This document shows, in pieces, positions 1 to 9,526 of a stretch of 64,000 nucleotides of DNA. The position numbers and the translations under genes were made by a program. The stretch's first letter is position 1, and each line of letters begins with the position of its first letter. This stretch comes from Gemmatimonadota bacterium (GTDB lineage Bacteria; Gemmatimonadota; Gemmatimonadetes; Gemmatimonadales; GWC2-71-9): assembly GCA_039586365.1 (NCBI GenBank), contig JBDHKN010000016.1:60957-124956 (forward strand). Direction: 5' to 3'. The notes under the pieces were generated by a model. It was not told the DNA's origin. It did not search any database and was given only the letters and a program-made list of their open reading frames with translations.

Positions 1-870
1 CGCCTCCACCGAGTAACGGAACGTTATCGAGCGACGGGTGGACTCTTGATAGGGAAACAGGTTGTACTCGATCGTGGGACCGAGCGCTAAAGCAAGATCC
101 TGGTTCAAGTACGTCGACTTGTTGGCACTAGTTTTCCCGCCGCCGGACCAGCGGTCACTCAGGCTCCACACCATTAGCAGGCTGGCAGAGTAATCCTCCG
201 AGACGTTGACGTAGGTTGTTCCTTCCTCTAGTTCGTCGAATTCCTCTCGATCGTACTCCGCTGACAGCCTCAAGTTGATCTTCAGATCCTCCGAGACGCG
301 GTCCGCGCTGGCCGATCCCTCCAGGCTGTAAGCTCTCTCCTCTGACTCTCCGTCCACGGACGTCTCAGCGCCGACTCGGAACACCCAGAGGTTCCACGGG
401 TCCCGTTCCTCGCGCTGGACGACGGCCACCTCGGGCTCCTGGTACACTACCCTCAACCGGGGAGCCAACGGCGTCGTCTCAACGAACTGTACCAGCCCCA
501 GCGCAATGGTACGAGTCAGACCATCGCGTACTTCAGTATCGGTGTCATCGGGATCCGAGATGTAGGTCAACGACTTGGTCACGCCCTCGAAGTCCCTGCG
601 GCCGATGTAATCGACTGTGTAGTGCCAACCGTTACCGCCGGTGCGTTGGGCTGTCACCAGGACGTGCACATCCGAATCCTCTCGGTCGCGGACCCAGTTT
701 ACCCACGTGATCTCACGGCGGAAGTGGTCGGAGTCGCAGTTTTGGGCGTTGCAGTCCTCAAACACAAACAGGGCTTGTGTCGTGGTTGAGGCTACGGGTT
801 CTTGGGATATGAGTTGGGCCGCTCCGAGGATGAAGAGCAGGCTAGCCAGTATCGGCGTGGAAAGCTTCAT
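1..870 (-). CDS. Exported/outer-membrane beta-barrel-like protein, truncated by the window edge (absent from the ORF track)
   Basis: Manual translation from ATG at 870: MKLSTPILASLLFILGAAQLISQ (signal peptide), then FEDCNAQNCDSDHFRREITWVNWVRDRE...DPWNLWVFRVG and amphipathic beta strands. The frame is open to position 1. Confidence 0.75.
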   Translation of the reverse strand, partial: MKLSTPILASLLFILGAAQLISQEPVASTTTQALFVFEDCNAQNCDSDHFRREITWVNWVRDREDSDVHVLVTAQRTGGNGWHYTVDYIGRRDFEGVTKSLTYISDPDDTDTEVRDGLTRTIALGLVQFVETTPLAPRLRVVYQEPEVAVVQREERDPWNLWVFRVGAETSVDGESEERAYSLEGSASADRVSEDLKINLRLSAEYDREEFDELEEGTTYVNVSEDYSASLLMVWSLSDRWSGGGKTSANKSTYLNQDLALALGPTIEYNLFPYQESTRRSITFRYSVEA

Positions 871-1062
871 ATGAATCCTGAAGGTTTTGAGTGATCGAGA
901 ATTCGGGTGCAGGGCGAAATGGTCTGCTCGCTGTATTACTGCGTCACCAGCGTGCACCCTATCCAAGGGCTGGCAGCCATGTGTCGATGCGAAGTCTAAC
1001 GCCTCCTTGCGGTGGCCAGATGATGGGTCGGTACACGACTGGTCAGAGAGATTTCCGGAGTC

Positions 1063-1079
1063 TGTAAGGCCTGTGTAAG
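1063..1079 (-). promoter_or_regulatory. Candidate OmpR-family operator, TGTAAG-N5-TGTAAG
   Basis: Direct repeat with 11-bp periodicity upstream of the gene starting at 870. A second copy lies at 3575-3591. Confidence 0.5.
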
Positions 1080-1087
1080 GAGCCATG

Positions 1088-1780
1088 CTACGCTTGCAGT
1101 CGATAGCCGACTTTGCGAACCGTGAGAATGTGGCTCGGTTCGGCTGGACTCCGCTCCAATTTGCGACGCAGTTCCGCCACGTGTACGTCGACGGTCCTGG
1201 TCATTATCTCAGCCTCGTAGCCCCACACTTCCTTCAGGAGTTCGAGTCGTGTGGCGACGGCTCCCCGCCGGCTAATCAAGGCCAGTAGAAGGTCAAACTC
1301 TTTTGGAGTGAGCGGGACGGCTGTTCCGTTGCGCAGCACCGTATGCGACGCTGTATCAACTGCCACGTCTCCGAAACGTTCTATTGGGCCCTGGTCTGCT
1401 GCATCGGCGTCATCCGCCAATTGGCGGCGTAGCAGAGCCCTGACGCGGGCCAACAGTTCCAGCGTGCCGAACGGCTTGGTCACGTAGTCATCGGCACCCC
1501 AATCCAGACCCAACACCTTGTCAGCCTCCTCACCCCGCGCTGTCAGGATCAGCACCGGCATTTCCAACCCGGAACGTCTTACCTCACGGAGCACGCTGTA
1601 TCCGTCCAGTTCCGGCAACATGAGGTCCAGTATGACCAAGTCGGGACTCCACTGCCGGGCACGCTCGAGTCCCGCGCGGCCGTCGTACGCAACCTCTACG
1701 TCGTACCCTTCTATCTCGAGTGCCGTCTTGAGTCCGAACGCCAGATCGGCGTTGTCCTCAACCACCAACACCGTGGTCAT
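1088..1780 (-). CDS. OmpR/PhoB-family response regulator
   Basis: MTTVLVVEDN receiver, DLMLP phosphoacceptor, KPF, winged-helix end (TRTVDVHVAELRRKL, TVRKVGY). The ATG at 1780 overlaps the kinase stop (ATGA). Confidence 0.95.
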   Translation of the reverse strand: MTTVLVVEDNADLAFGLKTALEIEGYDVEVAYDGRAGLERARQWSPDLVILDLMLPELDGYSVLREVRRSGLEMPVLILTARGEEADKVLGLDWGADDYVTKPFGTLELLARVRALLRRQLADDADAADQGPIERFGDVAVDTASHTVLRNGTAVPLTPKEFDLLLALISRRGAVATRLELLKEVWGYEAEIMTRTVDVHVAELRRKLERSPAEPSHILTVRKVGYRLQA

Positions 1781-3471
1781 GTGCCTTCCTCGGAGGCCCT
1801 TCTGTGGTTCGCGCCGGAAGACGACGTGGCACCTGGCAACTCCACGACGAAGCGAGCACCTCCCGTCGCCGCATCGTCTACCCAAGCACGCCCGTCGTGT
1901 AAGGCCACCAGCTCGTCGACCACCGCCAGTCCGATTCCTGTGCCCGTGACTGCGCGCTGGCCGTCTCGTCGCAGGCGTTGGTACGGCTCCCAAATGCGGC
2001 GCCGCTCCGTTCGGGGTATGCCGGGTCCCTCATCCTCGACCGACAGGCGAAGCCCGTTGCCTGCTCGGCTGGCTCGGACGGTGACGGTCTGTCCGTCCGG
2101 ACCGTATTTTACGGCGTTGTCGAGCAAGTTCAGTAGCACTTGACTGACCGCATCCCGGTCGGCGCGCAATCCCAGTCCGTCTTGTATCTCCGACTCGAGC
2201 GATACCGTCCTTGCCAATGCCAGTGGCCTGAACGCCTCGATCACCTCGCTCACGGTCCTGGCGACGTCCAGCCGCTCGATCTTGAGATCCACTGCTGCAC
2301 GCGCCGATCGCGAGAACTGCAGGATGTTCTCCACCAACTGAGTGAGTCTTCGGGCTTCGCGATTTATCACGCCCAGTGAACGATCGCGTTCCTCTTGGGT
2401 CCGGAGCTTCCCGGAGTCCAACAGCTCGGCGAACATCCGCACCTGCGCGAGTGGGGTCCTGAGTTCATGTGACACCCCAGAGACGAAGTCGTCGCGCAGC
2501 CGTGCGAGTTGACGCTCACGACGAAGTTGGTATAGGGCTGCAGCACCCAAGCCGAGCGTTATCAGCAGTAGAGCAACGATGAGTGGCAGTCGTGAGCCTG
2601 GGAGGCCGCCGATTATGAGGTGGTCCGCGATGTCGGGTCTGATGGCGGCCGCGACAATCAGGCCGCCGTATTCGGCCTCCATAGTGTCCCGGGCTGTGTA
2701 AGTTGTCGGATACCGGGCGCCCGATTCGAACAGAGTGTCGTTGCTGCCAGTGTGAACGGTTATGTATAGCAGCGAGTCGTTCCGGTGAGTTCCGGTCACG
2801 GCCGGCGGCAGCAGGGGCTGCGCCGCAAACCACTTGGCCAAGAGTTCTCCATATGCGCTGGGGTTGGTCACGAACCCGTACAGCGCTCGCGCATTGCGGC
2901 GGCGGACATAAGTCGTTGAGTACGTGACGAGCGTCGGCGAATCCAACAGCGATCCCGCCGGCAGCATCACGAGACCGGCTCGCTCGTCAGCGTGCTCCTG
3001 CTGATGCCTCATCACTGTGTCGGCAAGCCATGACAGGATGCCGGCGGCCAGTGTATCGGACAGTGAGATCGTGGTGCTGTCTTGCAGGTCTATCCGGAAG
3101 AAGGACAGGGGGTTCCGAAGGTCCTCGCACTCGCAGCGGTACTCACGCGCAACATCGCGCAGTTCCTCGGCCACGGTTCGCAGCGCTGGCAGCTCACCGT
3201 AGCCACGCCATTCACGTGTTACCTCGTCAAACACCATTCTGAGAACCGTATTCAGGTCCTCGCGCACCACGCTCGAGTACTCCCATGCAGCCATGCTCGC
3301 ATAGTCTCTGAGTGCGCTCTCAACCGACGCACGATGGGAACGTGTCGTGGTCAGTGCGTGATACCCCAACACGAGCGACACCGCCAAGATCGCGACGAGG
3401 GAGATCAGTAGCAGGGATCCTGGTGAGAGGCGGCGGCTGACTCTGGTCACGGATGACATCTGGCTTTCCAA
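1777..3471 (-). CDS. Membrane sensor histidine kinase
   Basis: Two TM segments around a periplasmic domain. H-box SHELRTPL, N-box NLLDNAVKY, G-boxes DEGPGI and GTGIGL. Confidence 0.95.
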   Translation of the reverse strand: MESQMSSVTRVSRRLSPGSLLLISLVAILAVSLVLGYHALTTTRSHRASVESALRDYASMAAWEYSSVVREDLNTVLRMVFDEVTREWRGYGELPALRTVAEELRDVAREYRCECEDLRNPLSFFRIDLQDSTTISLSDTLAAGILSWLADTVMRHQQEHADERAGLVMLPAGSLLDSPTLVTYSTTYVRRRNARALYGFVTNPSAYGELLAKWFAAQPLLPPAVTGTHRNDSLLYITVHTGSNDTLFESGARYPTTYTARDTMEAEYGGLIVAAAIRPDIADHLIIGGLPGSRLPLIVALLLITLGLGAAALYQLRRERQLARLRDDFVSGVSHELRTPLAQVRMFAELLDSGKLRTQEERDRSLGVINREARRLTQLVENILQFSRSARAAVDLKIERLDVARTVSEVIEAFRPLALARTVSLESEIQDGLGLRADRDAVSQVLLNLLDNAVKYGPDGQTVTVRASRAGNGLRLSVEDEGPGIPRTERRRIWEPYQRLRRDGQRAVTGTGIGLAVVDELVALHDGRAWVDDAATGGARFVVELPGATSSSGANHRRASEEGT

Positions 3472-3574
3472 GGGACAAGGGCAGTTTCTACGACCAGCCC
3501 GACGAGCCGACCCTCAGACTAACGATCGTAGCCTCATGGGGCAACGAGATTGCGTTGGGGAAAGGTTTGCGTCA

Positions 3575-3591
3575 CGTAAGTATCCTGTAAG
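3575..3591 (-). promoter_or_regulatory. Candidate OmpR-family operator, CGTAAG-N5-TGTAAG
   Basis: Same repeat and spacing as 1063-1079, about 100 bp upstream of the kinase start. Confidence 0.5.
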
Positions 3592-3836
3592 AATACCGGT
3601 CTCGCAATTCGGTGTGACATCCACCACGTGTTGGTCCGTGCACGCCCTCACGCTGAAGGCCGGTAGTGGGATGGAATGCTGTACAACAGTGCTGGTCAGA
3701 ATGTCCTGATTGACCATGATCGGCGTAGTCGGCAAAATGACCTGCAAGATTGTGGTTTGAGATTGGGCTGGTATGACGCGATGAAGAGTGCAACAATGAA
3801 TACGCCATGGGTCGAATGAAAACGATGTTTCGGACG

Positions 3837-3870
3837 GAGCAGCTGTGGAGTCAGCTGTTCACTTTTCTTG
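3837..3870 (+). terminator. Possible intrinsic terminator
   Basis: GAGCAGCTG-tggagt-CAGCTGTTC followed by acttttcttg. Confidence 0.35.
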
Positions 3871-3981
3871 TATGTGGCAGTGCCATAACCCATCTTTAGC
3901 GCCAATGTCCCGATAGCTCGGGCCGCTCCACCGCCGTAATCAGCGGTACACAACGCAAAACCACCACCTTGCGGGGGATCC

Positions 3982-5520
3982 ATGAGGAATTCGTTAGTTC
4001 TCACGTGTCTGGTGTTGATCGCAGCCGTTCCCAGTACGCTCGTGCCACAAAATGAGGGGCAGCCAGCTGCCCCCACCCCGGACCCTACTCCCTCACGCTG
4101 GGAAAGCTCCCACTCGATCGTGGTCGGCAGTGAAACAGTCGAGTATGATGCTGTGGTTGGCAGTTTCGTCCTGCGCGACAATCAAGAAAACGCTACTGCG
4201 GAACTGTTCTATACAGCGTACTTCCGTACCAACGTGCAGGACTCCTCCAGGCGACCCGTCATATTCGCGTACAATGGCGGACCCGGGTCGGCGTCGTTTT
4301 GGCTACACATGGGTATCATGGGTCCTCGTCGGGTGGTCACGCCGTACGTCGGTCAGCAGGCTCCACCTCCGTATCCCATGGTCGACAACCAATACACGTT
4401 GCTCGATAAGGCCGACATCGTAATGATCGACCCGGTGGGCACGGGATTCAGTCGTCCGGCCGGGAAAGCGGAGGGTAAGGATTTCTGGGGACTCGACGAG
4501 GACGCGCGATCGCTCACGCAGTTCATCCGTCGTTTTCTGAGCCGGTACGATCGCTGGAACTCCCCACGGTACCTGCTAGGTGAGAGTTACGGTACCACTC
4601 GCTCAGCGGTTCTGGCCCGGCACCTCCAAGGCGCGAACATCGACCTCAACGGTATAGTGCTGGTCTCGGCGGTGCTCGATTTCAACACGATCCTGTTTCC
4701 GGAAGGAGCGGTGGTACCCTACATCGTAAACCTGCCCTCGTACGCCGTCGTCGCTGCGTATCTCGACGCGTTGCCCGGCGGTGCGCCTGCCGATCTCCAG
4801 GCCTTCATGGGCGAGGTCGAAGACTGGGCGCTGTCGGAGTACGCTACCACCTTGCTGGCTGGCGGTGCCGTCGATCCTTCGCAACGGTCGCGCGTCCTCG
4901 AAAAAATGCACCTGTACACCGGCTTGAGCCGGGACTTCCTCGACAAGGCAGATCTGCGTGTGTCTGCTCCCGAGTTTGAGAAGGAACTGCTGCGTGATCA
5001 GGGCCTGGTGGTCGGGCGGCTCGACGCACGGTTCACTGGTCCCACCGGTGACCTGCTCGAGACTAGTCCGGCGCACGATCCGCAGTCGACTGCGATCAGT
5101 TCCGCTTACACATCTGCGTTCAACGCCTATTTACGCGACGAGCTCGGCTATGACGGCGATCGGGAGTACGTCCCGAGCGGCATGGCGCGGCCGTGGAATT
5201 GGAGTCGTGGCGGTAACAACGTTGGTTTCGGGCTGGCGGGCATTCCCAACGTCGCGCCCGATCTCGCGACCGCCCTCCAGCGCAACCCGAGGTTGGAGGT
5301 GTTGCTCGTCAACGGGATCTACGACCTTGCGACACCGTATTTCGCGTCGGTGTGGACGATGGACAACATGGGCCTACCACCCGAACTGCGTGACAACATC
5401 CAAAGGGCTGACTTTGCCGCGGGGCACATGATGTACGTCGAGGAGAGTCTCCTGCCACAGTGGAAGGAGACGCTCGATGCATTCATCGAGCGGACGTCGC
5501 GAGTGGCTCTGATTCCATAG
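3982..5520 (+). CDS. Secreted S10 serine carboxypeptidase
   Basis: Signal peptide, YNGGPGS, IDPVGTGFS, GESYG nucleophile, GHMMY catalytic His. Confidence 0.92.
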   Translation: MRNSLVLTCLVLIAAVPSTLVPQNEGQPAAPTPDPTPSRWESSHSIVVGSETVEYDAVVGSFVLRDNQENATAELFYTAYFRTNVQDSSRRPVIFAYNGGPGSASFWLHMGIMGPRRVVTPYVGQQAPPPYPMVDNQYTLLDKADIVMIDPVGTGFSRPAGKAEGKDFWGLDEDARSLTQFIRRFLSRYDRWNSPRYLLGESYGTTRSAVLARHLQGANIDLNGIVLVSAVLDFNTILFPEGAVVPYIVNLPSYAVVAAYLDALPGGAPADLQAFMGEVEDWALSEYATTLLAGGAVDPSQRSRVLEKMHLYTGLSRDFLDKADLRVSAPEFEKELLRDQGLVVGRLDARFTGPTGDLLETSPAHDPQSTAISSAYTSAFNAYLRDELGYDGDREYVPSGMARPWNWSRGGNNVGFGLAGIPNVAPDLATALQRNPRLEVLLVNGIYDLATPYFASVWTMDNMGLPPELRDNIQRADFAAGHMMYVEESLLPQWKETLDAFIERTSRVALIP

Positions 5521-5667
5521 GCTCTCGCGCGGCCGGAAGACTTCACAACGTTGGCCGGCGAAGCTCTATCGCTGAGGTCATACTAGGGAGCAGACGCTAA
5601 GTAGGGGCCGTAGACCAAGGTCCGGCAGCATTGTATCTGTCCCTTTGCTGTCCCAGCTGCGCCGCTG

Positions 5668-6984
5668 TCACAGGTCTGGGATTCGCATCACCACCTCGCC
5701 GTCCGCAGCTGCGCTCCGCCTGATGACTATCGCCACCGGCTCGCCTCCGATGAGCCACCAGTCCGCTGGCTCGAGGGTCGATGGTGTCGCAATGTGGAGG
5801 TAGAGGTTGCTCACGTCGACCGTGTCCATCGCGACGACTCCGTCCAAATCGCCGATCTCTTCCAGGCGAAAGCCTCTGCGCGCCACAGGATCGTCGTACG
5901 CGAGGGCGATATCGAGGCGCAACGGATCGGCGTGCGGCACGACCACCCAGCCGCCCGTGAGCAATATGTCGTTGGCGACCCTGCGGTTGAACGGGAGGCT
6001 GTCGTATGCCACGGGGTTCGCTGCCGCATACCGCTCAGTGGCGATGGCCTCCAGAGCTGTGAGGAGCAACATGACGTTGACGCGGCGCAGCTCCTGCTTC
6101 TCGGGATCATCGGGGAGCGCGCCGCTCTCGATCAACACCGTGCTCGTGCCCCACTGTTGGATGAGATCGCCGAACGCGCGCGGATTGAAGGTGTCGTCGT
6201 ATTTGGCAACCCGGCCCGAGTTGTGGTGGTCCAACGCTGTGGCCAACAGGGCCGCCAGCTGCCGGGCACGGTCCCGCACCGGCCCGTAGGCCCGGGAAGT
6301 GTCCGTCGGCGGTGCCAGCAGTGCGATGGCCACACGCTGCCCTGCATTGCCCGCTGTCGTGCGAGCACCCTGATCGTGCAGGTTGAACCCGAAGTCAGGC
6401 TGGACGCTGTCTCGCAATGCCTTGAGTGTCTGCGCTTCTGGGGTGGCTAGGCTGCGGGCATCCCGGTTCACGTCCACCCCCACCGCGTTCTGTCTCTGGA
6501 AGCGTTCGGCACCGTCAGGGTTCAACATCGGAACCATCACTACCTCGAGTCGCTCCTCTATGAGCCGTCGCAGGGGATCTTCTCCGCCCTCTACCAAGAA
6601 CCGGATGATGTCGGCAAGCGCCATTGTGGCTGTGGACTCGTCACCGTGCATTTGGGACCACAGCAGGACCGTCGTCGGTCCCCTTCCGAATGTCACCACG
6701 TTGATGGCTCGACCCTGAACGGAGCTGCCAACCCGCCTGACACTCACACCTCCCGTCTGCAGGAAGGGATCGAGCGCCCGCCACAGCTCGGAGTGAGTGA
6801 ACCGTCGCTCGGAAATGGCAGATACCGCATAGCGATCGGCGACGGAGCGACCGATCAGATCGCAGCACGTGTCTTGCGCCTGCATCTGCGGCGCCGTAAC
6901 CGCCGCAAATGCAAGTGAGCACGCAATGAGGTCTTGTAGCCGAGGTGTCAGATCCATACGCGAAGCAGATCTTTGGAAATGCAT
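5668..6984 (-). CDS. Secreted M14 zinc carboxypeptidase
   Basis: MHGDE (HxxE), NPDG, DVNRD, NLHDQ, LIESG motifs. Confidence 0.9.
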   Translation of the reverse strand: MHFQRSASRMDLTPRLQDLIACSLAFAAVTAPQMQAQDTCCDLIGRSVADRYAVSAISERRFTHSELWRALDPFLQTGGVSVRRVGSSVQGRAINVVTFGRGPTTVLLWSQMHGDESTATMALADIIRFLVEGGEDPLRRLIEERLEVVMVPMLNPDGAERFQRQNAVGVDVNRDARSLATPEAQTLKALRDSVQPDFGFNLHDQGARTTAGNAGQRVAIALLAPPTDTSRAYGPVRDRARQLAALLATALDHHNSGRVAKYDDTFNPRAFGDLIQQWGTSTVLIESGALPDDPEKQELRRVNVMLLLTALEAIATERYAAANPVAYDSLPFNRRVANDILLTGGWVVVPHADPLRLDIALAYDDPVARRGFRLEEIGDLDGVVAMDTVDVSNLYLHIATPSTLEPADWWLIGGEPVAIVIRRSAAADGEVVMRIPDL

Positions 6985-7281
6985 CGTAGCCTCGATTCAC
7001 AACGTGATTGAGTTGTATAGTTCGGGAAACTCTAAGTCCTGGGTGGAGCGTACGCCAGTTATGCAGTGCCGGATGCTGAGCCGAAACCTTGCCACTCGGC
7101 GGTAAGTCGCTATCCCCACACTTGGTCCATGCAGGTCTGGACCACCTTCCCTCTACTGCGGTGGCTCGACGATCTTGGCTATTGAGCTGTCGCCCGTCTA
7201 ACGCTGTGGTCTTCATGGGAGCATCTTATGGGCAATACCTCCGACAGGGGTTTGTACGTGATTGCCGAGATTCCTCATTGG

Positions 7282-9504
7282 ATGAAGTTCCCGAACCGTC
7301 GCATCGCTCTCTTGGGCTTAGCCACCATGATTGTTGGCTGTGACATGCAGCAGGGGGAGACCGTACCAGAGAGTCAACTACAGACCCGCTGGGCTTCTGA
7401 AGTGACCGCCGAGCGAGTGCACCCGGAGTATCCCCGACCTCAGATGGTGCGTGCGGCCTGGACGAACCTGAACGGGCTGTGGGACTACGCGATACGCGAC
7501 AGTGCCGCGCCACAGCCTGCTGAGTTCGACGGACACATTATGGTTCCCTTCCCGGTCGAATCACAGCTGAGCGGTGTGATGCGATGGGTAACCCCTGACA
7601 TGACGGTTTGGTACCGTCGTACCTTCGAGCTACCGAATGCGCCCGACGATCAGCGTTGGCTGCTGCACTTTGGCGCGGTCGATTGGCTCACTCGAGTCTC
7701 CGTCAACGGGGAGCGAGTCGGCGAACATCGCGGGGGTTATGACCCGTTCGAATTCGACATCACGGACGTCCTGCGCCCGGGCGGTGAGCAGGAACTAGTT
7801 GTCAGCGTGTGGGATCCCACCGATCGAGGCGATCAACCCCGGGGCAAGCAGGTGCTCGACCCGCATGGGATCTGGTACACGGCGGTGACCGGCATTTGGC
7901 AGACCGTGTGGCTCGAGGCGGTGCCGGATGCGCATATCACAGCCCTCAAGATCGTGCCTGACGTGGACGCCGGCACCGTCACGGTGAGAGTGAGCGCGGC
8001 GAATACCGCCGCCGACGTTGGGGTACAAGCGGCCGTATCCGCAGATGATCGAGTTGTCGCGCGAGCAGAGAGCGCAAGTGGAGAGCCACTGACGCTGGGC
8101 ATCCCCAACGCGCACCTCTGGTCACCCAACGATCCTTACCTGTACCAGCTCAGTGTTCGCCTAGCGACCGGCGATTCGGTCCAGAGCTACTTCGGGATGC
8201 GCAAGATCTCCATAGCGCGAGCTGCCGACGGTCACCGACGGCTGTTCCTCAACAACGAGCCTCTGTTTCAGTTCGGACCGCTGGATCAGGGTTGGTGGCC
8301 GGATGGCTTGTACACCGCGGCCACGGACGCCGCGCTGTTGAACGACGTGGAGGTCACCAAACGGCTGGGCTTCAACATGGCACGGAAGCACGTCAAGGTG
8401 GAGCCGGCACGGTGGTATTACCATTGCGACCGACTCGGTCTCATGGTGTGGCAAGACATGCCAAGCGGGAATAACGAGAGCGAAGAGGGGAAAGAGGAGT
8501 TCCGCGTTGAGCTGCAGAATATGGTTGACGCTCTCTACAATAGTCCTTCTGTCGTAATGTGGGTGCCATTCAACGAGGGATGGGGCCAGCACGATACAGA
8601 ACGGTACGTTGATTGGCTGCAGGAATACGACCCGACGCGACTCGTCAACAACGCGAGCGGTTGGAGTGACCGCGGCGTCGGAGACGTAAGTGACATTCAC
8701 CGCTATCCCGGACCTGGCATGGCGCAGTTGGAACCACGGCGGGTTGCCGTGCTGGGAGAGTTCGGCGGCCTCGGGCTGCCACTCGAGGGTCACTTGTGGG
8801 TAGACCGGGACAACTGGGGCTACCGAGCTTTTGCGACGAGAGAAGCTCTCGGTGAGGCTTACTCAGACTTGCTGTACCAACTGAGACCGCTGATCGGAGA
8901 AGGTCTGGCGGCGGCGGTATACACCCAGACCAGCGATGTGGAGATCGAAGTTAACGGTCTACTCACGTACGATCGCGCACTTGAGAAACTCCCTGCCGAT
9001 GTCGTCACACAGAATAAGTCTGTCTACAGCAACCCACCCATCGTTAGAGAGGTAGTGCCAACGTCTCGTAGGTCGGGGCAGCTCTGGCGTTTTACCACCG
9101 ACGAGCCAGCGGCCGATTGGCACTCGCCCAACTACGACGATGCGGCGTGGGAACAAGGACTCGGCGGGTTTGGCACGGACGGGACTCCCGGCGCCGTAGT
9201 GGGCACTATCTGGGAGACCGACCGGATCTGGCTCAGACGCGTGTTCGAGCTAGAGACCGTGGAACTGGTGAATCCTCACCTGCGCATTCACCACGATGAA
9301 GACGCCGAAGTCTATTTGAACGGGGAGTTGATCGGCAGCTTCCCCGGCTACACAGCGGACTATCTGTTGGTCCCGTTGGACGAGACCGCAATTGGCACCC
9401 TCCACCCGGGAGAGAATGTGCTCGCCGTTCACGTACGCCAGACAGGCGGTGGACAGTACATCGATATCGGCATAGTCGAGTTGCTCGAGCCGGAGACCAA
9501 GTGA
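7282..9504 (+). CDS. GH2 glycoside hydrolase, probable lipoprotein, with an extra C-terminal jelly-roll domain
   Basis: PEYPRPQ, LNGLWDY, LHFGAVDW, GFNMARKHVKVEP, NEGWGQ (acid/base), GEFGG (nucleophile). Lipobox-like IVGC. The ORF track starts at 7228. Confidence 0.9.
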   Translation: MKFPNRRIALLGLATMIVGCDMQQGETVPESQLQTRWASEVTAERVHPEYPRPQMVRAAWTNLNGLWDYAIRDSAAPQPAEFDGHIMVPFPVESQLSGVMRWVTPDMTVWYRRTFELPNAPDDQRWLLHFGAVDWLTRVSVNGERVGEHRGGYDPFEFDITDVLRPGGEQELVVSVWDPTDRGDQPRGKQVLDPHGIWYTAVTGIWQTVWLEAVPDAHITALKIVPDVDAGTVTVRVSAANTAADVGVQAAVSADDRVVARAESASGEPLTLGIPNAHLWSPNDPYLYQLSVRLATGDSVQSYFGMRKISIARAADGHRRLFLNNEPLFQFGPLDQGWWPDGLYTAATDAALLNDVEVTKRLGFNMARKHVKVEPARWYYHCDRLGLMVWQDMPSGNNESEEGKEEFRVELQNMVDALYNSPSVVMWVPFNEGWGQHDTERYVDWLQEYDPTRLVNNASGWSDRGVGDVSDIHRYPGPGMAQLEPRRVAVLGEFGGLGLPLEGHLWVDRDNWGYRAFATREALGEAYSDLLYQLRPLIGEGLAAAVYTQTSDVEIEVNGLLTYDRALEKLPADVVTQNKSVYSNPPIVREVVPTSRRSGQLWRFTTDEPAADWHSPNYDDAAWEQGLGGFGTDGTPGAVVGTIWETDRIWLRRVFELETVELVNPHLRIHHDEDAEVYLNGELIGSFPGYTADYLLVPLDETAIGTLHPGENVLAVHVRQTGGGQYIDIGIVELLEPETK

Positions 9505-9526
9505 TAGCCGGAGATGAGGCAGGCGA

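Noticed and set aside
1781..1993. 72-aa N-terminal extension of the response regulator ORF
   Set aside because: It overlaps the kinase 3' end in another frame. The receiver domain starts at 1780.
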